NCBI GenBank assembly: GCA_030390025.1
Contig: JASTWF010000359.1
Span: 62,001 to 126,000, forward strand
Direction of reading: 5' to 3'
Length of the DNA: 64,000 nt
Source of the DNA: Squalus acanthias
Taxonomy: Eukaryota
Numbering within the stretch: the stretch's first letter is position 1; the number at the start of each line of letters is the position of its first letter. The notes below the pieces were generated by a model that searched no databases, was not told the DNA's origin, and saw only the letters and a program-made list of their open reading frames with translations. The position numbers and the translations under genes are program-made. Positions 1-11,413 of the stretch are shown one piece after another.

Positions 1-898
1 TGCACCGCGAACTGGGAGATATTGGCGAGGTCCCCAGCAGCAGCTTGAAATGAGCCAGTAGCATAGAAGTTGAGAGCCACTGTGACCTTCACTGCCACCG
101 ACAGAGACGTCCTGGACCTCAGTTGAGGCTGCAGATCTGGCTGCAGCAGGTGGCAGAGCTCAGTGACCACCTCCTTGCTGAATCGCAGCCTTCGCAAACA
201 CAGCTCCTCAGACAAATGAATGTAGGAGAGCTGTTCACGATATACCCTGGGAGGGTAAGCTCTCCTGTACATACACCTGTTGGCCCTCCTCCGTCTGGCC
301 ATCATTGCCACTCTCTCTCTCTGCGTCTCTGTGTCCTCCGATTCAGCTGGAGCAGGACGACGCCCCCATTCAGTGCAGCCCCCATAGTCTCTTTGCAAGC
401 AAAGTTATGAAGGACAGCAACCAAAGTACCAGCGAAGTTAGGATCAGTAGGCAAAACTACCTCACAAAGCGTTGACTCAATGCAGAAGTCTCTCTTTCTC
501 TCTCTCCGAATCTCTCTCTCTCTCTCTCAGAACGAGTGGTGCAAAAATGTCAACCACAGAAAAAGACAGGAAGAGGCCCCCTTTAAATAGCGCCCCCCCC
601 AGCCCCACAGCGATTGATAGCGTTCCAGTCTTCCTGTCGTTGGATGCGCCAGGCGGTAAGGCAGGGGGCGCCACTCAATTTCCGCTCCGGTGCGCCACAA
701 GGGCGTTGCACCATGAAATGACGTCACAATCTGCGCGCGCAGGTGGTCGCAGCGGTAAAGTTTAGTGCCGCCGCACAATGTCTAGTTAAGTTCCCGAGCG
801 GCGCAAACATCGCTGCGCCCGGGCGCTAGCGGCTTTGCGCCCCATTAGCGCCCTCTTAAGGCGCTAACGGGAGGCGCAACCAACTGAATTTTTACCCC
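1..898 (-). mobile_element. PIF/Harbinger DNA transposon, terminal part (continues off the window)
   Basis: Minus strand 260->1 translates YPPRVYREQLSYIHLSEELCLRRLRFSKEVVTELCHLLQPDLQP...VKVTVALNFYATGSFQAAAGDLANISQFAV, a HARBI1-like transposase N-terminus. The element ends in GAATTTTTACCCC, a TIR resembling other Harbinger TIRs in the window. The GC-rich subterminal region resembles 32860-32994. Confidence 0.85.
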
Positions 899-1945
899 AA
901 TGACTTTGGTCTTCCCAATATTTAGTTGGAGGAAATTTCTGCTCATCCAGAACTGGATGTCGGACACGCAGTATGACAATTTAGAGACAGTGGAGGGGTC
1001 GAGAGAGGTGGTGGTGAGGTAGAGCTGGGTGCCGTCAGCGTGCATGTGGAAACTGATGCTGTGTTTTCAGATGATGTTGCCGAGATGAGCTTCTAGATGT
1101 ATTGCTCAATGTTAGAGGGTGAAGAGTGTGCTGGTGTCCAGGGAACGCAAGGGAGAGAGCTTAGTGGGTTACCTCACCTGCCCTGCTCAGGCCATTGACC
1201 TTCTTGTGGCCCTGGTCTGCACACCTGGGGTGAGGGTTGGCACTCAGTGCCAGTGCAGAGACCTTTTCGCTGAGGCTTCCTCCCACACAGATCCAGCAGC
1301 CTCTCTGCCTGTCTCTGTCTCACTCTCTCACTGTTTGTCTCTCTCTGTCTCTCTCTATCACTCTCTCTGTGTGTCTCTTTCTGTCTCTCTCTCTGTCTGT
1401 CTGTCTCTTTCTCTCTCTCCATCTCTCTTTCTTCTGCTCAATCTCCTCGAGGAGGGTTTGCAGGTCAGTCTCACTGATATGCTGAGCTCTTCTTTTCCTC
1501 CTTGCATTGCCCTTTCCGCTTCTTTGTCTGTCTGTGCCAGATCTTCCACGGAGTCCTCCAGTGCAGTTCCCTGAGTGAACGCAGTAATCCAGAGCCTTCC
1601 CTGCTGCCCTGCTCTTCCCCGATCTTCAGTCTGATGTCCTTTCAAAGGCTGTATTCTCATATCCAAGCCTCCCAGTCATTACTCCCTTTTTATATGGGAT
1701 TTGCGCTAATGAACCACCAATGGAGGTTTAAATGAGCTGACCCTGCAGATTGTGGCGGATTCAGTTCTGTAGAGCATCGATGGGCACTGCTCCAAACTCA
1801 TTGGCGCAAATCCAGAGCTTAGGGCCCAGGCACGGTCGCCAATGGTGGAGCGATGAAAATCAGGGGATGCGCAAGAGGCCAGAATTGGAGAAGTGCTGAG
1901 ATCTCGGAGGGTTGTAGGGTTGGAGGAGGTCACAGAGATATCCGA
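899..1945 (-). mobile_element. L2 LINE fragments (~899-1085 and ~1825-1945) split by another insertion
   Basis: Minus ORF HADGTQLYLTTTSLDPSTVSKLSYCVSDIQFWMSRNFLQLNIGKT and PDFHRSTIGDRA match the L2 RT and C-terminus at 45983-46810. Confidence 0.85.
1170..1480 (-). pseudogene. Degenerate Harbinger Myb/SANT-like exon with an internal (CT)n expansion
   Basis: Minus-strand fragments SETDLQTLLEEIEQ..ERLLDLCGRKP..KVSALALSANPHPRCADQGHKKVNGLSRA followed by a G|GTGAG donor resemble the Myb-like domain of Harbinger ORF2. A CT-rich tract occupies ~1300-1435. Confidence 0.45.
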
Positions 1946-2447
1946 CTTAATTTTTAAGTCAGGGCTACAACCCATTTAAACAGTCATTATCAGGGCCTTT
2001 AAAATAAACACAATATTGGACCAGTGACATACAATTGATCTTCGGAACGTTTTTGCTCACTAGTCTGGCCTACAGAAGCTGCCTTTACCAGAATCAATGC
2101 CGAGAGCTGGCTCCCAGAGTTCCAGTTAAAGGACCGATATAAAAGCAGCGTTTGTGAGTTTACAGTTGTTCACATTCAGGTGAGTGCAGATAGTAACCTG
2201 TGAAATGAACTGCACTGTATCAAATCGCTCACCCTGTGGTTTCATGGCTTAGCTGAGCTCAGATGCCAGCAGGGTTCTGCAATCAGACTCAGTGCCCATG
2301 GACAAGAGAGGGAGGACGTTAGTCCTACCTGAGCTCCCTCTGGTGACCCGTGCTGCAAAGTACATGCGTGGGATGTGGATCAGGATCAGCTGGTGATATA
2401 TCTCTTCACCAGTCAAATAACTTGCAAAAACTCACCCTCCAGCCTCC

Positions 2448-3666
2448 AACCAGTGGATGTGGTGTATTTGGACTTTCAGAAGGCTTTCGATAAGGTCCCG
2501 CATAAGAGATTAGCGTGCAAAGTTAAAGCACATGGGATTGGGGGTGAGGTACTGAATTTGGATAGAGAACTGGTTGGCAGACAGGAAGCAAAGAGTTGGA
2601 ATAAACGAGTCTTTTTCCGAGTGGCAGGCAGTGACTAGTGGGGTACCACAGGGATCAGTGCTAGGACCCCAGTTATTCACAATATATATTAATGATCGAG
2701 ACGAGGGAACTAGATGTAATATCTCCAAGTTTGCAGATGACACAAAGCTGGGTGGGCATGTGTGCTGTGAGGAGGATGCAGAGAAACTCCAGTATGATTT
2801 GGACAGGTTGGGTGATTGGGCAGATGCATGGCAGATGCAGTATAATGTGGATAAATGCGAGGTTATCCACTTTGGTGGCAAAAACAGGAAGACAGATTAT
2901 TATCTGAACGGCAATAGATTGGGAAACGGGGAAGTGCAACGAGACCTGGGTGACCTTGTGCACCAGTCGTTGAAGGTAAGCATGCAGGTGCAGCAGGCGG
3001 TTAAGAAGGCAAATGGTATGTTGGCCTTCATAGCGAGAGGATTCGAGTACAGGAGCAAGGATGTCTTGCTGCAGTTGTACAGGGCCTTGGTGAGACCACA
3101 CCTTGAGTATTGTGTGCAGTTTTGGTCGCCTTATCTGAGGAAGGATGTTCTTGCCATGGAGGGAGTGCAGCGAAGATTCACCAGACTGATACCTGGGATG
3201 GCAGGAATGACATATGAAGAGAGATTGAGTCGATTAGGCTTATATTCGCTAGAGTTTAGAAGAATGAGAGGGGATCTCATTGAAACTTATAAAATTCTAA
3301 CAGGACTAGACAGACTAGATGCAGGAAGGATGTTCCTGATGGTGGGGGAGTCCAGAACCAGGGGTCACAGTCTAAGGATAAGGGGTAAGCCATTTAGGAC
3401 AGAGATGAGGAGGAATTTCTTCACCCAGAGAGTGGTGAACCTGTGGAATTCTCTACCACAGAAGGTAGTTGAGGCCAATTCATTAAATATATTCAAGAAG
3501 GAGTTGGATATATTTCTTAAAGCTAAAGGTATCAAGGGATATGGGGAGAAAGCAGGGACAGGGTACTGAATTTGGATGATCAGCCATGATCTCATCGAAT
3601 GGCGGAGCAGGCTCGAGGGGCCGAATGGCCTACTCCTGCTCCTATCTTCTATGTTTCTATGTTTCT
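2448..3666 (+). mobile_element. 5'-truncated CR1 LINE (RT C-terminal half and 3' UTR)
   Basis: PVDVVYLDFQKAFDKVPH, GVPQGSVLGP and KFADDTK motifs, a frameshift near 2560, the 3' stem-loop and a (TTTCTATG)n tail. Confidence 0.97.
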
Positions 3667-3780
3667 CACACCTGAACTCCGAAAGCTTGTGATTTCAAAT
3701 AAAACTGTTGGACTATAACCTGGTGTTGTGCGACCTCTCAATTTTGTCCACCCCAGTCCAACACCGGCATCTCCGCATCC
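3667..3780 (+). mobile_element. Penelope-like element 3' end with a deleted hammerhead motif
   Basis: Near-identical to 16947-17049 (CTCCGAAAGCTTGTGATTTCAAATAAAACTGTTGGACTATAACC...). The 5' arm of hammerhead stem II is missing (CACCTGA-ACTCCGAAA). Confidence 0.8.
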
Positions 3781-4116
3781 TGAACAAGATAGCCAGACAA
3801 AGGTGCCTCAGGAGAGAAAATGACGGGGAAGCAAGGCCACATGATCCTGAACATAGCAGAGGGTGGCAACTCATAGACATGTTAATACCTCTGTGTCCTC
3901 CCTTGTTACCCTGTTCGAGGCAGCAGGAATACAGGCATCGTGTGTCGAACTTGCCCTGTGTGATGGCAATGATTCGAATCCCATTTGAGAGGACACTGGA
4001 GCACTTCATGATGTCATACAAGGAGAAACTGCAATAAACTGGCTGCTCCCAGGCTACATCTGGCCAGCAGTTCTGAAGCAGAGTAACTATAGCACATTTA
4101 TTACATCGAATTACCT

Positions 4117-4570
4117 TGAGTTTACAACACAGAAACAGGCCATTCGGCCCCACTGCTCCATGCCGGTGTTTATGCTCCACACGAGCCTCCTCCCACCCTA
4201 CTTCATCTCACCCAATTGATATATCCCTCTATTCCTCTCTCCCTCATGTGTTTATCCAGCTTCCCCTTAAATGCATCTATACTATTCCCCTCAACCACTC
4301 CCTGTGGTAGCGAGTTCCACATTCTCACCACTCTCTGGGTAAAGAAGTTTCTCCTGAATTCCCGATTGGATTTATTAGTGACTATCTTTTATGGCGTCTA
4401 GTTCTAGTCTCCTCTTCTCTACGTGTATTCTATCATATTTAGGTCACCTCACAGTCTTCTCTTTTCTAGAGAAAAGTGTCACAGCCTGTTCAGTCTTTCC
4501 TAATAGTTGTACCCTTTCAGTTCAGGTATCATCCTTGTGAATCTTTCTTGCACTTTCTCCAGTGCTTCTT
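4117..4570 (-). mobile_element. Older, degenerate CR1 3' fragment
   Basis: GAGTTCCACATTCTCACCACTCTCTGGGTAAAGAAGTTTCTCC is the reverse complement of the CR1 RNFFTQRVV segment, and GGCCATTCGGCCC is the 3' hairpin. Confidence 0.75.
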
Positions 4571-4965
4571 AATCGACATTGAACTGCATTTGCCGTATAT
4601 TGGCTCACTCTCCCAAGGCCTTATGCTGCCTGCTGCATTCTTCCTCACAGTCTGCGTGCCCACTATTGTGACATTGTCAACAAATTGTGATAGCATGCCC
4701 TCTGTGTGCTAATGGGGCAAGAGAGGCCCCAACATAGATGTCCGGGGCACACGGCTAGCTACATTTTGTCAATCTGAGAAACATCCATTTGACTCCTATT
4801 CTCTGCTCTTTGTCCTTCAGACATCCCTCTATCCATACCACCACTTTGCACTTAACACCATTGGCCTTAATCTTCATAAGAACATAAGAAATAGGAGCAG
4901 GAGTAGGCCATTCAGGCCTTCGAGCCTGCTCCGCCATTCAATGAGATCATGGCTGATCTTCTGCC

Positions 4966-7910
4966 TCAATTCCATTCACCGGCCCTATCGCCATATCCCT
5001 TGATGCCCTTACCAGTCAGAAATCTATTGACTTCTGTTTTGAATATACCCAGTGACTGAGCCGCCACAGCCCTCTTGGGTAGAGAATTCCAAAGATTCAC
5101 CACCCTCTGTGTGAAGAAATTTCTTCTCATCACAGTCCTGAATGGCCTACCCTTTATCCTGAGGCTGTGGCCCCTGGTTCTAGACTCCCCAGCCAAAGGA
5201 AACATTCTCCCAGCATCCACCCGATCAAGCCCTGTAATAATCTTGTATGCTTCAATGAGATCCCCTCTCATTCTTCTGAATTCAAGAGAATACAGGCCTA
5301 GTTTACTCAATCTCTTCTCATACGACAGTCCCGCCATCCCAGGAATCAATCTCGTGAACCTTTGTTGCACTCCCTCTATGGCAAGTATATCCTTCCTTAG
5401 GTAAGGAGACCAAAATTGTACACAGTACTCCAGGTGTGGTCTCACCAAGGTCCTATATAATTGGAGTAAGACTTCTTTACTCCTGTACTCAAATCCTCTT
5501 GCAATGAAGGCCAGCATACCATTTGCCTTCCTAATGGCTTACTGCACCTGCACATTTACTTTCAGTGACTCATGTACAAGGACATCCAGCACCCTTTGAG
5601 CATCTGCATTCCCCGATCTTTCACCATTTAGGAAATACTCTGCCTTTCTGTTTTTTCTACCAAAGTGGATAACTTCACATTTATCCACATTATAATCCAT
5701 CTGCCATGTTCTCACCCACTCAGTGAGCCTGTCGAGATCCCCCTGAAGCCTCTTCACATCCTCTTTGCAACTGACACTGCCACCTAGCTTTGTGTCATCA
5801 GCAAATTTGGAAATGTTACATTTAGTCTCCTCATCCAAATCATTGATATAGATTGTGAATAGCTGGGGCCCAAGCTGGGGCCTTGCGGTACCCCACTAGT
5901 CACAGCCTGCCATCCTGAAAAAGACCCGTTTATCCCTACTCTTTGTTTTCTGTCTGTTAACCAATTCTCAATCCATGCTAGTATATTACCCCCAATTCCA
6001 TGTGCCCTAATTTTGTTCACCAACCTCTTATGTGGGACCTTATCGAAGGCCTTCTGAAAATCCAAATACACCACATCTACCGGTTCCCCTTTGTCTACTC
6101 CACTAGTTACATTCAAAGAACTCCAATAGGTTTGTCAAACAGGACTTCCCTTTCATAAATCCATGTTGACTCTGCCCAATCTTACTATTAGTTTCTAAGT
6201 GCCCAGTTATTGCATCCTTTATAATAGATTCCAGCATTTTCCCAACTACTGATGTGAGGCTAACAGGTCTGTAGTTCCCCGTTTTCTCTCTCCCTCCTTT
6301 CTTAAATAGCGAGGTTACATTTGCTATCTTCCAATCTGCAGGAACCGTTCCAGAATCTTTAGAATTTTGGAAGGTGACAACCAATGCGTCCACTATCCCA
6401 ATGGCCACCTCTTTCAAAACCCTAGGATGTAGGTCATCCGGTCCTTGAGATTTATCGACTTTTAGTCCCATTAATTTTGCTAGTACTGTTTTTTTACTAA
6501 TAATAATTTCTTTAAGTTCCTCATTCTCGCCACACCCTTGGTTTTCTCATATTTCTGGGAGGTTTTTTGTGTCTTCCTCCGTGAAGACAGAAACAAAGTA
6601 TTTATTTAATTTCTCTGCCATTTCCTCATTCCCCATTATAAATTCTCCCGTCTCTGACTGTAAAGGACCTACATTTAGCTTTGCCAGTCTTTTCCTTTTC
6701 ACATACCTATAGAAGCTTTTACAATCCGTTTTTATATTTTTCGCTAGTTTGTACTCATATTCCATTTTCCCTTTCTTTATCAATTTCTTGGTCCCCCTTT
6801 GCTGATTTCTAAAAAGATCCCAATCCTCAGGCTGACTGCTTTTTCTGGCAACTTTATAAGCTTCCTCCTTTGACTTAATACTAGCTTTAATTTCTTTTGT
6901 TAGCCATGGTTGGATCACTTTTCCTTTTGGGTTTTTATGCCCTAGAGGAATATATGTTTGTTGCAAATTATGCATTATTTCCTTGAATGTTAGCCATTGT
7001 ATGTCCACCTTCATACCTTTTAGTGTAGTCTCCCAATCTACCATGGCCAACTTGTCCCCCATACCCTTGTAGTTTCCTCTGTTTAGATTGAAGACCTTAG
7101 TTTCAGATTGGACTACATCACTCTCAAACTTAATGTAAAATTCAATCACTGGTCACTTGTCCCTAAAGGCCTCTTTACTACAAGATTATTGAATAGCCCT
7201 TTCTCATTACACAGTACCAGATCCAGAATAGCCTGTTCCCTGGTTGGTTCCTCCACATACTGATCCAGGAAACCATCTCACATGCATTCCAAGAATTTGT
7301 CCTCCACACCATTAGTGGTAATTTGATTTGCCCAGTCAATATGTAGATTAAAGTCCCCCATGATTACCGTATTGCCCTTGTTACATGCACTTCTAATCTC
7401 TTGATTGATACTGTGCCCTACATTACCACTACTGTTTGGTGGCCTATACACAACTCCCACCAATGTTTTCTGCCCTTTGCTCTTTCTTAACTCCACCCAA
7501 ACTGATGCCAGTTCTACATCACGATCTGCCAAGCCAAGATCTTTTATCTCTACCGTACCGATCTCATCCCTTATTAACAGCGCTATGCCACCTCCTTTTC
7601 CTTTTTGTCTGTCCTTCCTAAATGTTGAGTACCCTGGAACATTCAGTTCCCAGCTTTGGTTACCCTGCAACTATGTCTCTGTAATGGCAATTACATCATA
7701 CCCATTTACTTCTATTAGTGCCATTAATTCATCCACCTTGTTGCGAATTCTACATGCATTTAGATAAAGTGCCTTCAACTTTGCCTGTTTAATATTTTTC
7801 TGCACTTTGACCCTCTTTACTGTTGGTCTTTGTTTCTGCTCCCTGCTAGTTTTGCTAACTACTTTTCTAACTTGCACTTCCAGCTTTGTTTCTCTCTGTT
7901 CTGGGCCCAC
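4966..7910 (-). pseudogene. CR1 ORF2 (apurinic endonuclease and reverse transcriptase), several stops and frameshifts
   Basis: YLNACRIRNK, IAITET, VYRPP, MGDFN, NYRPVSLTS, YLDFQKAFD, GVPQG and KFADD motifs spread over consecutive broken ORFs. Confidence 0.95.
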
Positions 7911-7912
7911 AC

Positions 7913-8893
7913 TTAGGTTCCCAGCCCCCTGACAAACTGGTTTAAATCCTTCCCAACAGCACTAGCAAACCTCCCTGCGAGGAGATTGGTCCCGGTTCTG
8001 CCGAGGTGTAACCCGTCCAGCTTGTACAGGTCCCACCTTCCCCAGAATCGGTCCCAATTCCTCAGGAATTTAAATCCCTCCCTCCTACACCATCTCTCCA
8101 GCCATGCATTCATCTGGTCTATTCTCCTATTTCTTCTCTTGCTAGCACATGGCACTGGGAGTAATCCTGAGATCACTACCTTTGAGGTCCTGTTTTTTAA
8201 TTTATTTCCTAGCTCCCTATATTCTGCTTGCAGGACCTCGTCCCTCTTTCTACCTATGTCGTTGGTACCGATAGGGACCATGACCTCTGGCTGTTCACCC
8301 TCCCCCCTCAGAATGTCCTGCAGCCGCTCAGTGACATCCTTGACCCTGGCACCAGGGAGGCAACATACCATCCTGGAGTCACGTCTGTGGCCACAGAAAC
8401 GTCTATCTGTTCCCCTTACAATAGAATCCCCTATCACTATTGCTCTCCCACTCTTTTTCCTCCTCTCCTGTACAGCTGAGCCACTCGTAGTGCCACGGAC
8501 TTGGCTCTTGCTGCATTTCCCTGAGAAACCATCTCCCCCAGCAGTATCCAAAACGGAAAATCTGTTGGAGAAGGAGATGGACCCAGGGGACTCCTGCACT
8601 ACCTTACTAGTTATTTTACTCTGCCTGGCGGTCACCCATTTGCTGTCTGCCTGTGCACTCTTTACCTGCGGTGTGACCACCTCGTTAAACGTGCTATCCA
8701 CGAAGGTCTCAGCCTCGCGGATGCTCCACAGTGACTCCAGCCGCAGCTCCAGCTCCAGCTCTGAAACGTGGATTTTGAGTAGCTGCAGCTGGAGTCACTT
8801 CCTGCACACGTGTTCACCCTGGACACCGAGTGTGTCCCTGACTTCCCACATAGCACAGGAGGAGCACTCCACGCTGCCGAGCTGCCCTGCCAT
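7913..8893 (-). pseudogene. CR1 ORF1 (zinc finger, coiled coil, SGNH/GDSL esterase) with a premature stop
   Basis: ATG at 8893: MAGQLGSVECSSCAMWEV...HVCRK*LQLQLL (fourth Cys codon is TGA), then in frame VIGDSIVR, PGARV, IGTNDI and DGLHL esterase motifs. Confidence 0.92.
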
Positions 8894-9306
8894 GTCCTAC
8901 CCTTTATTTACTCCATTTACTTCCTCTAAATTAAAGAATATTAAAAACACTAGGGACCTTACTTCACTTTAAACACTACTCACTCTAAACTAGAGACCTT
9001 ACTTTTACTTTAACGACCGGACTGAAGAAATACTCACCAGGTCCTACTTACCAAACAACTCCTTCCCTGGTTGTGACGTCACTTTAGCGGTTTTGCAGCT
9101 GTTGTTGTTGTTTGACTGGTCCCGCTCTCGGACTCATTCCTGGGTGTAAAGTAAGAACCAAATCCTACAGAGTGAAAAGTTAGGGAAAGCAAAGGTGAAG
9201 CAAGGGAGCTCCTCCTTCCACTCCTCACACGCCTAAGTCCCTCACTCACCCAACTCTCAGCACTCTGTGCAAACCGCACTCAGTGCAGATCGCACGGCGA
9301 AGCCTG

Positions 9307-9314
9307 TTTTTATA
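9307..9314 (-). promoter_or_regulatory. TATA-box-like element inside the CR1 5' UTR
   Basis: TATAAAAA on the minus strand, downstream of two 26-bp direct repeats (9355-9380, 9422-9447). Confidence 0.45.
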
Positions 9315-9478
9315 GGCCTAGTTTCCCTAATTAACTGCCTTCAGCTGCTCTGAATTATCCTCTGCCTTCTCTGGGGCTGCCGACTCCTTTCAGGTCCGCT
9401 GTCCTCGGCCTCCTGCGCTCTTTATCCTCTGCCTTCCCTGGGGCTGCAGACTTCACAATATATCTCTTACGTGACACT

Positions 9479-10252
9479 GGGCTGGATTTTGAATGACCCA
9501 TGGCGTCGGGTTTGGAGGCGTGTGGGGGGTTAAATTTGCGGGGTCGGGGGTCCCGACCCCATCACAACTCCATCCCGCCTCCACGCAATTTTGACAAAAT
9601 CAGTCGCGGGGTTCCCGACTCCGTCCCGCCTCCAAGAGGCGGGAGAGGCCATTAAAGCCCTTAACAAGCCCTAAATTGGCTCTGTAATGCCATTTTGAAA
9701 TGTTTTAGCTAGTTTAACCCTTTTCTGACGTGAAGTACGCCTGATGTGAAACACTCCAGTGAAACCTGGCGGGAGCACAAGTGGATAGCTGACGATCGAC
9801 TGCAAGTCCACTATTACAACGGAGATTTGATGAAGGTAGTAGTAGTATGAAAGTCGCCTCTGATGCTGCTGCATTGAATGTCTTCAGAGACTGCCTGGCC
9901 TCTGCTGTGAGAGGACCTGGATGCAAAAAAAATTCATTCTCTCTCTCTCTCTCTCTCACACATATATCACACACATTTTGCATCCAGGTTCACTCACATC
10001 ATAAGCCAGGCAGGTCCTCTCTCACCAACAGCCAGACAGTCTCTGAGACCAGGCAGTCAGCAATGATGACATCATCAGAGGCGACTTTCAGACTGAAACC
10101 ACTAATTAGTTCATGGGTTCCCACATGCTGGAACTCAATTGCCCAATTAAGTGAAAATTGCATCATTGATCCACATTAATCTAGAGTCAGGGGGGGGAAC
10201 ACGAAATGCGGATGACACGACCCCAACCCGACCCCAAGACAAAATCCAGCCC
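9479..10252. mobile_element. Non-autonomous Harbinger-type element (MITE)
   Basis: Perfect TIR GGGCTGGATTTTG / CAAAATCCAGCCC with 3-bp flanks ACT/AGT. It interrupts an old CR1 RT frame and has no coding capacity. Confidence 0.85.
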
Positions 10253-10280
10253 AGTTGTATCTAATGCTTTGAAAGTCCAA

Positions 10281-11324
10281 GGGAGTTATTTTGGCCAAAG
10301 GATGTAAACAGGCGCGTAATGGGTGCTGTAGTAATAATACAAGCCTGTTTGAAAGTCTGGATTTAGCTCACAACTTTGGTCCTAGTTGCTGATTACCATA
10401 ATGTGAACTTGCCTGGAGGCAGTAAACCAGAAACCTGCAGGTTCAGCACTCAGGTTCTGATTAGACACAATTTTCGTGGCTCAGTATCTGTGGGCTCCTC
10501 GCACCCACTCCCACTGAAGGTGTGGAGTGCTCTGGCTGGCACACAGCACATTGCAGGATGGCTCAGGGACCGAGGGAGAGGGCGCACAGGCTCTCGGACA
10601 TGGCACTGGAGGTCCTGGTGGAGGAGATCCAGAGGAGGAAGGATGTCCTCTACCCGCAGGGGGGGGAAGGAGTCCACCTCGCCCGCCTGGCCCTCTCTCC
10701 TGCAGCAGCTCTGCCTGGCCTCATGTCCTCCTCCCATTCCTCGTCCAGACCAAGGGGGACCCCGAGCAAGATGCCCATGACCAAGCACTCCCTTTCTCCA
10801 GGTGACTCCTGTAAGGTGTCCAATCAGGTGGAGTAGCACAGCACTCATTCTTTTTAGGTGGAGTCCTCAGAGAATTTCCAGAATAAATGTTGTTTGAGTG
10901 CTGGTGAAGTCTTGACAAAGTGTCCCAGAAAGTCTCCCGATGTGCTTCAGAGGTCCTCTTCACAGCTCCAGCAGCAATGACCATGAAATGGTGAGTATCC
11001 CTTTAAATGGTGAGTAACACTTTAAGTAACGCTTGAAATCGACATCAAAGCCGTGTTTACTCCCAAACAGCTGGTCGCTGTTAGGAGAGGGCGTTAGTTG
11101 AAGCGCTAGACACCAAAATGCCGTGCAGCCACTTTAATGAGCGCTAGCAGGCATTTTAATTGTCAATCAGCTGTTTAACGAGCCTCCGGGCGGCCGTTCC
11201 TAGCGCTGGCTTCAACTCCTTTACCAAGATGGCGTCTTGCGCTAAACACATTGCAGCTTAAGACCCCATCTTGGCCACCTCTTTACCTCTTTAACGCCTG
11301 AAGTATTCAGCAAAAATCACCCCC
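10281..11324. mobile_element. Internally deleted Harbinger element with a Myb-like ORF start
   Basis: Imperfect TIRs GGGAGTTATTTTGGC / GCAAAAATCACCCCC with 3-bp flanks CAA/TAA. 10558-10670 (+) encodes MAQGPRERAHRLSDMALEVLVEEIQRRKDVLYPQGG. The flanks rejoin as CR1 AVDVVHL|DFQ. Confidence 0.75.
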
Positions 11325-11413
11325 TAAATGTACCACATCCACTGCACTCCCTTTGCCAATATGCTGAGTAATCGCCTTAAATCATTCTATTGGACAAGCA
11401 TGAATTGCCCATT

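Larger units (their letters stand above)
4877..9450 (-). mobile_element. Full-length CR1 LINE (5' UTR, ORF1, ORF2, 3' UTR), inactivated
   Basis: Flanked by the direct repeat CTTCA (4872-4876, 9451-9455). The flanks rejoin into an older CR1 RT frame (VSRKRYIV|KIKANG). It contains an esterase ORF1, an APE-RT ORF2 and a (TTCTTATG)n tail. Confidence 0.95.

Noticed and set aside
3667..3700. Functional hammerhead in the first Penelope remnant
   Set aside because: The end of the CUGANGA box and the 5' arm of stem II are deleted.
3790..4040. Host exon in the ORF ending RIPFERTLEHFMMSYKEKLQ
   Set aside because: There are no convincing splice sites, and its faint resemblance to a decayed Harbinger DDE segment is too weak to call either way.
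7986..8972. 328-aa + strand ORF as a gene
   Set aside because: It is the antisense shadow of CR1 ORF1, and similar shadows occur opposite other CR1 copies. No independent motif was seen.
9355..9447. Link between the 67-bp spacing of the CR1 5' repeats and the 67-bp satellite
   Set aside because: The period is the same but there is no visible sequence similarity, so it is treated as coincidence.
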